Virus record (IMG/VR): IMGVR_UViG_3300042350_003801
DNA from: a virus
Taxonomy: Duplodnaviria > Caudoviricetes
Reading direction: 5' to 3' (one strand)
DNA: 64,000 nt
Positions 50,820 to 58,587 of the stretch are shown piece by piece (position 1 is the first letter of the stretch; each line of letters opens with the position of its first letter). A program made the position numbers and the translations under genes. The notes beneath the pieces were generated by a model, which was not told the DNA's origin, searched no databases, and worked only from the letters and a program-made list of their open reading frames with translations.

Positions 50820-53318
50820 TCATCCAAATAAAAAGTCTAGTGAACTTGTCTCTACTGTATTCCAACCGATAACATCCAAAATTGCCTTAAGAGGTGAAAT
50901 GAATGTCTTTTCAAACTGTGTATTATAGTCTACAAACTTATTTAACCCCAACTCGGTTGGAAATCTTTGAATGAATGCAATTGCATTTTCATTAATTGGG
51001 TTTGGCATTTTAAGATAACAGAACTTGATCTTTTCCCCGTCTTTAATCAAAGGGTATTTCATTTCTAGTTTCTTCTCTTTGATGTGTCTATTGTAAATCA
51101 GTGAGGCTCTAGATTGAATGGGTGTTCCTGATATGTAAGAGTTATTATGCGCTGCATATTTATTGACGTTGCTGACGCTTTTTGGGAATGATACCTCTTC
51201 TGGAGTAAGAGTAAAAAACTCTTTCTTGCAAACACTGATAAAATCAATAATGTCTTTATTGTCTCCATTAAGAATAAGTTTAATTCCTTCGCGGATTTTA
51301 TTTCTGCAATAGGCCGGAGTTGAAGACTTAATTGCAGAGATTCCAGAGATAACAATCTTTGGTTCTGCAAATCTTAATCCTTCATTGTCCCAGACGTTCA
51401 TTATGTAGTTCTTCTTTGCAACCCATAGCCCAGATGAGCAGAGTTTTTCTCTTTTCATACTGAGTTGTCTATCAAAAGATCCAAGGGTATCACAAATTTC
51501 ATTAAATGAATTATCAATGCACTCTTGAACTTTAGTGGAGCAAACCTTATCCATAAAGTCAATGATTTTACTCATATCAACTTCTTTATCGCCAAAAATA
51601 CGCTGAATTATCGGTTCAAAATTAACCATAATGGAATCGGTATCCATTGCAATGGCAAAGTCAAAGTCTTGGGTTCCGGCAATCTTATTAAGAAAGGCAT
51701 TCATCTTTTTCTCCAGCCAGCGAATAATTGCCTGACCAGTGTAAGTGATTGCCTCTGCGTTTCTCAGGTCATAATATCTAAAATACTCACAACCTAGGGT
51801 GCCAAATGCCGAGTTAAGAACTGTTTTCTTTACGTTCTGATAATTGTTGTAAACGGTGATCTTTTTCTTGATTTCTTCTGATGGATTATTTTCATATTCA
51901 GCTTTGGCTGCTAACATCATCTTTTTATAGATAACACGTTCATTATAAAGTTTTTCCATCAATTTTGGTAGAAAACCTTGTTGTGACTTATCATACATTG
52001 AACCATTAGCACATACGCTATATTCTGTATCATTTGTAAACTCCTCGGAAAGAATAGTGTCTACAGAAATATCAGTATTTCGTTGTCTTACAAGAGTCTC
52101 GGGACTGATGTTAAAGGTGCGAATAATTGAAGGATATAGAGAATGAACGTCATATGTTACAACGTAATTAAACTTACCAACCTGGGTTTGTTTTACATAT
52201 GCACCCTTGAACTTCTCGGTTTTTAGAGTTATCTCTTGCCTTTGTGGAATACATATATTCTCCTTTCTGAGGTAGTTGTAAATGATTGAATCCCACATTC
52301 TACTTTGAAAGAAAACATCTTCAAAGTTTACTCTTGTATCAAATGCCATTGCAAGTGATAATCCAATAAGACCCAAATGCTCTTCTAGTCTACTTACAAG
52401 TTCACAGTCTTTAATATTATAAAGCGTGAATGTTGTAAAGTCCTGAGTATAGAAATCAGCAAAAGTCTCATACTGTGTGTGGTCTAATTTTGAATCACCT
52501 AGAATCTCTTGGGCAACTGTATCTAGTCTATTATTCTCTAACTTAATTCCACTGAACTTTTTAAAGAGAGCAAGAAAGTCAAGGCAAGAAGTTCCAGAAA
52601 TCTCATAAACATATTCTTCTCTATTTGAATTTTCAACTCTTACTTTACGCTCTCTGATATACTTCCATACTGATAGCCTTTTTGCATCAGCCTCAGATAA
52701 AGTAACCGCAATCCTGCGAAGAAGATACGGCATATCAAAAAACTCGCAGTTAAACCCAGAGACAATATCTGGATAATCAGATTCCCAGAATTGGATGAAC
52801 TGCTCTAGCAAGTCCATCTCATTTTTACACTCAAAGTAGATGTTATTTTCTACTTTTTCTGCAAACGGACGGCTACCCCAGGTATAGGTTTTCTTTGTTG
52901 CAAAATCTTGAATTGTAATAAGAAGAACTTCTTCTCTTACTTGCTCAACGTTAGGAAAACCATAAGTTGAAGTCGTCTCAATGTCAATGATGTAAATTTT
53001 CATCTTCTTGACATCAAACTCAATATTCTCTTCTGGATAATTGTCCGAAATATATTGATTTATTGGAGAAATATCCCCATAGATTGAAAAGTTGTCAATG
53101 TCTTTATATTTGTTAATAAACTCTCTTGTATCCCTGATGGTTCCAGGCCAAACTGGTTTTAGATAATCACCTTGTAGAGTTTTATATTTTGAGGGTTCTG
53201 GGCTTTTTAAAAATAAGGTAGGCTGATATTCAATTCTATTTTTAAAGGAAACTCCATCTTCATAACCCCGAACATAGATGTAGTTTCCTAGTTGCTTTAC
53301 ATTTGTATAAAATCTCAT
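50820..53318 (-). CDS. gp43: family B DNA polymerase
   Basis: DIETTS exonuclease motif, YDVHSLYPS, KTVLNSAFG, AMDTDS. Confidence 0.97.
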   Translation of the reverse strand: MRFYTNVKQLGNYIYVRGYEDGVSFKNRIEYQPTLFLKSPEPSKYKTLQGDYLKPVWPGTIRDTREFINKYKDIDNFSIYGDISPINQYISDNYPEENIEFDVKKMKIYIIDIETTSTYGFPNVEQVREEVLLITIQDFATKKTYTWGSRPFAEKVENNIYFECKNEMDLLEQFIQFWESDYPDIVSGFNCEFFDMPYLLRRIAVTLSEADAKRLSVWKYIRERKVRVENSNREEYVYEISGTSCLDFLALFKKFSGIKLENNRLDTVAQEILGDSKLDHTQYETFADFYTQDFTTFTLYNIKDCELVSRLEEHLGLIGLSLAMAFDTRVNFEDVFFQSRMWDSIIYNYLRKENICIPQRQEITLKTEKFKGAYVKQTQVGKFNYVVTYDVHSLYPSIIRTFNISPETLVRQRNTDISVDTILSEEFTNDTEYSVCANGSMYDKSQQGFLPKLMEKLYNERVIYKKMMLAAKAEYENNPSEEIKKKITVYNNYQNVKKTVLNSAFGTLGCEYFRYYDLRNAEAITYTGQAIIRWLEKKMNAFLNKIAGTQDFDFAIAMDTDSIMVNFEPIIQRIFGDKEVDMSKIIDFMDKVCSTKVQECIDNSFNEICDTLGSFDRQLSMKREKLCSSGLWVAKKNYIMNVWDNEGLRFAEPKIVISGISAIKSSTPAYCRNKIREGIKLILNGDNKDIIDFISVCKKEFFTLTPEEVSFPKSVSNVNKYAAHNNSYISGTPIQSRASLIYNRHIKEKKLEMKYPLIKDGEKIKFCYLKMPNPINENAIAFIQRFPTELGLNKFVDYNTQFEKTFISPLKAILDVIGWNTVETSSLDFLFG

Positions 53319-53683
53319 CCGTTAAGTAGTGCTTCGTATTTTGACTGTAGCACTGCATTTGGCTTAGCTAGTGTTAACATCTTATCAGAATTAATGACAA
53401 ATCTATTTGAATCGGTATATTCTAATAGATATGGAGAAAGTGTAGAGAGATTTGCATCTTCTATAACAAATGGCTCAATCATAACCCATTCATTTTCTCC
53501 GTCTTCATCTACATTTTTAACTAGTTGAGTAATCAGAATAATATGTGGAAAAACTACAATCCAGGCTTCTACTTCTTTTTTTCTTTTTGGGAGTGTTATT
53601 TTCTTTTTCGCTTTTTCTCTTGTCGATTGCGGTGCCGGGGCAGCTTGTGGCATATTAACTTCAGTTAGCATTGTTTCAATCAT
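53315..53683 (-). CDS. hypothetical protein
   Basis: ORF track; sits between hsp20 and gp43. Confidence 0.6.
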   Translation of the reverse strand: MIETMLTEVNMPQAAPAPQSTREKAKKKITLPKRKKEVEAWIVVFPHIILITQLVKNVDEDGENEWVMIEPFVIEDANLSTLSPYLLEYTDSNRFVINSDKMLTLAKPNAVLQSKYEALLNG

Positions 53684-53710
53684 TTCATTCTTGTAAAATA
53701 GTAAAAAAAT

Positions 53711-53750
53711 AGCAGGGCGGTATCTGATATGTGCCAGATGCCCTGCTTTT
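53711..53750 (-). terminator. terminator downstream of hsp20
   Basis: AGCAGGGC...GCCCTGCT stem flanked by A/T runs. Confidence 0.7.
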
Positions 53751-53786
53751 AATTGGCAACGATAATTAGGGAGCAGCCCGTTCTAT

Positions 53787-54218
53787 TTAGAACCTATAGT
53801 CCTGTCTTTTTTCGTGCTCGGGCACGTGGCGATCAATAGAAATGGTTAGAAGACCGTTAACAAAAGTTACAGTTTCAACTTTCCAGGTTTCTGGCAAAAC
53901 TCTTGCCCATTTAAAGTTGCGAAGAGCAACTCCTCTTTCAATGTATGTATCGGTTGATTTTTCATTCTTGGCTCCTTCCACGACAAGTTTTCCACTTTCA
54001 GTGTAGACTTGGATTTCCGAACTATTGAAACCGGCAAGTGCAATTTCTACTCTACGTCGGGTATCAGATTCTTGAACAATATTAACTGGAGGGTAATTTG
54101 TATATGTCCCGGAAAGAGATGTTACTCTATCAAAGAAAGTATCAAATCCGAGAGAGTATCGGTCAATATCATCAAAAAATTTTGATAGATTGGCAGTTGC
54201 ATAGCGCGTGATTGTCAT
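53787..54218 (-). CDS. hsp20: small heat shock protein
   Basis: NYPPVNI, EIALAGF, RGVALRNF, NGLLTI. Confidence 0.95.
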   Translation of the reverse strand: MTITRYATANLSKFFDDIDRYSLGFDTFFDRVTSLSGTYTNYPPVNIVQESDTRRRVEIALAGFNSSEIQVYTESGKLVVEGAKNEKSTDTYIERGVALRNFKWARVLPETWKVETVTFVNGLLTISIDRHVPEHEKRQDYRF

Positions 54219-54323
54219 TTGTTTCTCCTTTTAAGCGAGTGTTTTAATTGCAAGACCCCTAAGGCATCGTGCTACGCTTATTTAGCAGAAAATGATTGAA
54301 AAATAAAGTGAGGAAAGCCGCAT

Positions 54324-54776
54324 TCACCCGTTCGGTGTTTCCACCTTTGAGGTCTTCTTCTTTCCACCAATAGTGTATTTTGAAACCAATTCGTAATCCT
54401 GACGTTCTTTATATGTAAGAACCTTAATAAGGCTCAGAGGAGCCATATCTTCAATTTGTTCTGGTCTTACAATATTGATTAGTCCCCAATCACTTAAAAG
54501 TTTTGCAATCCTATTACGTCTCCGAACATCATCTTCAGATAGAGTGCAATACTTACCATCAAGAGCAAATAGTTCTTTATATGAAATGATATAGTATTTT
54601 CCTGACTTATGAAGAATGTGAGCACTCTGGTATAGTTTCTTTTCGTGCTTACTTGAAATACCTACACGCTGTAGGGTTTCTTTAACAACTAGAAAAGTAT
54701 CTGGTTCATCAAGTGTTACTTCAATCATCAGAGAGGGATTCCAATCAACGTATCCCTCTTTATTCAATTCACTCAT
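54324..54776 (-). CDS. regA: translational repressor RegA
   Basis: FLVVKETLQRVGISS...KLYQSAHILHKSGKYYI. Confidence 0.95.
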   Translation of the reverse strand: MSELNKEGYVDWNPSLMIEVTLDEPDTFLVVKETLQRVGISSKHEKKLYQSAHILHKSGKYYIISYKELFALDGKYCTLSEDDVRRRNRIAKLLSDWGLINIVRPEQIEDMAPLSLIKVLTYKERQDYELVSKYTIGGKKKTSKVETPNG

Positions 54777-55165
54777 TTTCTCATTCCACCTTTATTCAAT
54801 CTTTGTTTGATAAAATTTATCTCTTCTCTATTTAGAAGTCTTAGGGCTTCTAATGCCCGTTTATCATTGTAACCATAATATTCTTTAATGGCGGCTAGAT
54901 TCTCTGCATCTTCTTTTTTAACCCAAGGAGTGTATCTCTTTTTCTTTCTCAAAGAATGTAGATAAAAGGCATATTGCATATCCTTAGAGATATAAGGATA
55001 TTGATTCAGTTCATTGGCAAACAGAATCGTATCAAGATGCCCAGCAACACACTTATTGACAATATAAGGAGTATAGGAAGAAATATTTTCAGGAATCTCC
55101 TCAATAAGATTCTCTTTCGAGAAATTGATTGAAGTTAGCCACTGTCCTAAATCCGGTGCAGTCAT
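54773..55165 (-). CDS. gp62: clamp loader small subunit
   Basis: YTPYIVNKC, LRKKKRYTPW, KEYYGYNDKRA. Confidence 0.9.
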   Translation of the reverse strand: MTAPDLGQWLTSINFSKENLIEEIPENISSYTPYIVNKCVAGHLDTILFANELNQYPYISKDMQYAFYLHSLRKKKRYTPWVKKEDAENLAAIKEYYGYNDKRALEALRLLNREEINFIKQRLNKGGMRK

Positions 55166-55683
55166 TTAACCTAGATCTTGTAAAAAACCCGTTTCAAGAA
55201 ATGCCTCTTGTTCCATATCAACAATAGGTGTTGCAAACTCAATAGGAGGATTTGCAGTTTCAAACGTTTCAGTGCATAGACCAAAAAGTTCAATAAGGGT
55301 TAGAGTATCTGTTACATCAATTGCCTTTAGGTCTTTTTCAATTACCCAGTCTTGAAATAGGTCAATCTCTTTCCAGGGGTCTTCGGAATAACCCCACGGT
55401 GGTTTAATGTCATTCATTATGCAGCTCCAGTTTTTAGAAATTCGGGTAGACCCTTATAAAGGCTATAGGCATACTGCCGTTGCTCTTCGGTTAGTGAATC
55501 TTGATGCAGTTCACTAAACTCCCCGGCGGGCTCTTCTCCTAAAAGGTCCATAACAATGTTTGGCTTCCAGTTGTCATATGCAAAAGGATTCTGCCAAGTT
55601 GAGTCTTCGGTTAGATTGTTATAAAAAACTGTTGCAAGTGTAGCCAGGTCGTCGGTTTGATTTCGGTTCATAATTAACTCCAT
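55166..55683 (-). CDS. two acidic hypothetical proteins (55166-55417, 55417-55683) between gp44 and gp62
   Basis: ORF track; the RBS of the upstream one lies in the gp44 remnant. Confidence 0.55.
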
Positions 55684-55694
55684 TCGATTTCATA
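55674..55694 (-). pseudogene. displaced original gp44 3' end (TAT GAA ATC GAA TGG AGT TAA = YEIEWS*), occupying the putative guide position
   Basis: matches the current gp44 end YELEFSG* at peptide level; abuts the element end TTAC. Confidence 0.75.
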
Positions 55695-55804
55695 GTAAAA
55701 AACTCTATTGATTTTCTAGACGCTTCACAGCAGATGCTAAATGGTGAAAATCACCGCTCAGTCTTAATTCCGCTCCACGCCCGTAATCGGCGTACTCCGC
55801 CGAT
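55695..55804 (-). ncRNA. cis omegaRNA scaffold overlapping the tnpB 3' end
   Basis: hairpin ATCGGCG/CGCCGAT; GGGCGTGGAG...TGAAGCGTC pairing typical of IS200/IS605 right ends; homologous to 2657-2762. Confidence 0.8.
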
Positions 55805-56901
55805 GAAATTTCTTTATCGGTTAGGCTGCGCCAACCTTCCTTTAAGATATTGATAGAGGCATTTAAGTCTCTATCATGTTTTGAGCCGCAAGACGGACAA
55901 GTCCATTCCCGAATGTTTAGAGGCATCTTGTCTTCCTTGTAACCACAAGAACTACAAGTCTTACTAGAGGGAAAGAAGCGGTTAATCTTAACCAAGACTT
56001 TTCCATACCAGTTGCATTTATACTCTAACATAGAAACAAAAGTAGACCAGGCTGCATCAGAAATAGACTTCGCCAGTTTGCGGTTTTTCAGCATTCCAGA
56101 AACATTAAGGTCTTCAAGAACTATTAAATCAAATGTGTTCACTAAAGCGGTAGACACATTATGAAGAAAATAAATTCTTGAATTGGTAATGAATTCGTGT
56201 ACTTTAGCAACTTTTATTCGTTGCCGGTTGTAACGATTACTACCTTTAGTCTTACGACTTAAATGTTTCTGTGCTTTTTTGAGTTTCGCTTGGTTCTTGC
56301 GAAACCACTTGGGGTTGTTGATAACTTGACCATTTGAAAGAATGAACAAGTCTTTAATGCCCAAATCAATACCTACTACTTTACCCGTAGAGGGTATTGG
56401 ATTGAGTTCTTGCTTAATCAAGATAGAGACAAAATATTTTCCGGTTGGTGTTTTAGAAACAGTAATGCTCCTGAAGTCTGCTTCTTCGGGAATTTCGCGG
56501 TCAATAACAACTTTAACCCAACCAATTTTTTCAAGTCTAACTAAAGAGTTTTTTTGGTCAAGTTTAAACCTTTGATTATTGAGTCTAAAAGACTGCCTAT
56601 TTGATTTCTTCTTGTATCTGGGTCTTCCGAGTTTAACCTTTCGTTTCTTGTTGAAAAACTGTTTCTTAAATTCAATAAAGTCATCTCTTTTTTGTTGAAG
56701 GGTAGAAGCAGAAACCTCTTTAAGAAACTCAAATTCAGGAGTGTCTTTAAGCGTCTTCTCGGTAATAACTTCCTTGGAGTTGTTATTGAAGTTTTCAACA
56801 AGTTTATTCCAAACAAACCTGCAACAGCCGAAAGTCTTTGCTAGTAGAATTTCTTGCTCTTCAGACGGATAAATCCGAAACTTGTATGCTTTTAAGTGCA
56901 T
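55705..56901 (-). CDS. tnpB: TnpB RNA-guided endonuclease (IS200/IS605 family)
   Basis: N-terminal [12 protein letters not shown]; RuvC GIDLG, VLEDL, DRDLNAS; zinc finger CSSCG...CPSCG; all three acidic catalytic residues present. Confidence 0.97.
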   Translation of the reverse strand: MHLKAYKFRIYPSEEQEILLAKTFGCCRFVWNKLVENFNNNSKEVITEKTLKDTPEFEFLKEVSASTLQQKRDDFIEFKKQFFNKKRKVKLGRPRYKKKSNRQSFRLNNQRFKLDQKNSLVRLEKIGWVKVVIDREIPEEADFRSITVSKTPTGKYFVSILIKQELNPIPSTGKVVGIDLGIKDLFILSNGQVINNPKWFRKNQAKLKKAQKHLSRKTKGSNRYNRQRIKVAKVHEFITNSRIYFLHNVSTALVNTFDLIVLEDLNVSGMLKNRKLAKSISDAAWSTFVSMLEYKCNWYGKVLVKINRFFPSSKTCSSCGYKEDKMPLNIREWTCPSCGSKHDRDLNASINILKEGWRSLTDKEISSAEYADYGRGAELRLSGDFHHLASAVKRLENQ

Positions 56902-56913
56902 CCGCTCTGTTTA

Positions 56914-57009
56914 TTGGTTGGCAATACTATTTAGTAAAGTTTTATTTTATAAGGGGAGAATTGCTCCTCCCCACCTGAAAAGCGCCAACCAACCAGGCAT
57001 CTTTATTTA
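56914..57009 (-). promoter_or_regulatory. double late promoter / antisense leader module of tnpB
   Basis: TAAATA at 57004-57009 and 56928-56933; hairpin 56953-56972; TTGGTTGGC (56992-56984) complementary to GCCAACCAA (56922-56914). Confidence 0.7.
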
Positions 57010-57065
57010 GTGAAGTTTTAACAACAAAAAACATAATGCACAATATAATTTTCAAGTAAGTTAAG

Positions 57066-58055
57066 TTAACCAGAAAACTCCAATTCATACATAATTTCAG
57101 TTACACAAGACATCATATTGATTTCTTGGTCTGCAACTTTCGTTGCTAAATCCTGGTATTTTGCCAGAATCACAATACAAGGAGGAATCGTTGCTTTAAC
57201 GATTTCTTCATTTTTCCATAACTCATCAAAGATTTTTCTGATTGTAATGGATGGGTCGTTATCAATGTTCTGAATAACCCATTTTCGCACATTAGCATAG
57301 TTCTTGCTCTTGATGTGCTGAAATAATTCAATAACTGAAACATCGGATGTTGTTCCAAGAATACCAACATCAATGATACCGTTTCTTGCATATCCCTGAA
57401 GTTCTAGAAGTGTTCTCCTAAAATCAGGATAATATTTACCAACATAAGATGCAACAACTTTTTTGTCAAACTCAATATTCTCAGTTTCTAAAATCGTGCA
57501 AACACTCTTAAAGAATCGGGCAAGAATCTTTTGTTTTTCGTCAGACGGAAATGTGAAGTCCTTATTAATACACCTTGAGCACAGGGCTTTGTCAATTCGG
57601 TTCTTGTAATTACAAGTGAAGATGAAGACACAATTTGATTGAAAGTCTTCAATAAATGCCCGAAGTGCAAGTTGTGCATCGTGAGTGAGATTGTCGGCCT
57701 CGTCAATCAGTAGAAACTTCTTCCCGGTTGATAAAAGAGAAATCGTAGAAGCATATGATTTAACTTTATTGCGAATCACATCAATGCTTCTTTCTTCACT
57801 TCCATTAATCTTTATGAAGTCTCTACCTAGTTCATCTGCAAGCGCAAGCGTTACTGATGTTTTTCCAGTTCCAGACGGGCCAGAAAGGAGAAGATTTGGG
57901 ACATTTCCAGAATCCCTCAGTTCAATAAAGTATGACTTTAATTGTTCAGGAAGAATACATTCATCTACTGTTTTTGGCCTATGTTTTTCAGTGAAGAGGA
58001 ACTCATTGTTCATTATATAAATTGCGGGGTTAATCAAATAGTTCAACGTCTTCAA
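57066..58055 (-). CDS. gp44: clamp loader large subunit (last ~7 codons supplied by the tnpB element)
   Basis: EKHRPKTV, GPSGTGKT, IDEAD, SRC motif. Confidence 0.95.
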   Translation of the reverse strand: MKTLNYLINPAIYIMNNEFLFTEKHRPKTVDECILPEQLKSYFIELRDSGNVPNLLLSGPSGTGKTSVTLALADELGRDFIKINGSEERSIDVIRNKVKSYASTISLLSTGKKFLLIDEADNLTHDAQLALRAFIEDFQSNCVFIFTCNYKNRIDKALCSRCINKDFTFPSDEKQKILARFFKSVCTILETENIEFDKKVVASYVGKYYPDFRRTLLELQGYARNGIIDVGILGTTSDVSVIELFQHIKSKNYANVRKWVIQNIDNDPSITIRKIFDELWKNEEIVKATIPPCIVILAKYQDLATKVADQEINMMSCVTEIMYELEFSG

Positions 58056-58587
58056 TAAAGAATTTAAGGTCTTCTTCTGTCATAGAGACATCATTCTCCA
58101 CCTTAACTTTAGGTCCAATAAAATCATTGATTCGTTGAATTCTTGTTTCAATGTCTTTTACATCAAGATTATGAAGTTCATAATTTCCGGTGAAGTCAAA
58201 CAGTGGAACAAAGGTTAGAGAATCACCCCGTTCAAAGAGTTTGTGCATACCCATTAGTTCGTAAGTGGCAGCCCCGGCGGCGGCAACGACACGCCGATCG
58301 GAGGCGGCATACCCGGCGGCATACCAGGCGGCATTCCCGGCGGCAGCCCCGGCGGCATACCTGGCGGCATTCCCGGCGGCATTCCTGGCGGCATAGTAGG
58401 TGGCATAGTCGGGGGCATCATAACGGCGGGCAACTTCATCCCATTGGTTCTCGGTAAGACCATCCATAAACCACCAGAAGTTAAGGACGGTTTCGTAGTT
58501 TGGTCCTAGAAAATTCTGTGGATTTTTTAGGGCTTCAGGGTTTTGAAGTTCGTTGGAGAAGTTTTGATGTGCTTTGGAGTAGTTCAT
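58030..58587 (-). CDS. Ala-rich repeat protein, paralog 4, with an extended C-terminus
   Basis: same N-terminus and ATYELMGMH motif as the other paralogs; inserted between gp45 and gp44. Confidence 0.85.
   Translation of the reverse strand: MNYSKAHQNFSNELQNPEALKNPQNFLGPNYETVLNFWWFMDGLTENQWDEVARRYDAPDYATYYAARNAAGNAARYAAGAAAGNAAWYAAGYAASDRRVVAAAGAATYELMGMHKLFERGDSLTFVPLFDFTGNYELHNLDVKDIETRIQRINDFIGPKVKVENDVSMTEEDLKFFIEDVELFD

Larger units (their letters stand above)
55695..57089 (-). mobile_element. tnpB element inserted in the 3' end of gp44; no tnpA
   Basis: junctions ATGTAT and TTACTAT shared with 2635-2937; carries the recoded gp44 end. Confidence 0.8.

Noticed and set aside
55705-55712. 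TCAA as the transposon right end, giving guides that start TAGAGTTTTT
   Set aside because: Homology between the two elements continues past TCAA, the orphan forms a hairpin through it, and the displaced gene tails begin only after TTAC.
55695-57089. IStron (group I intron fused to an IS200/IS605 element) or an autonomous IS
   Set aside because: No group I core in the 165-nt leader and no tnpA or serine recombinase in the window; the only group I intron is 28 kb away in a tRNA.
9471-58587. Calling a complete diversity-generating retroelement
   Set aside because: No reverse transcriptase, accessory gene or non-coding template repeat is visible in the window, and some units change non-A positions; kept only as a hypothesis.
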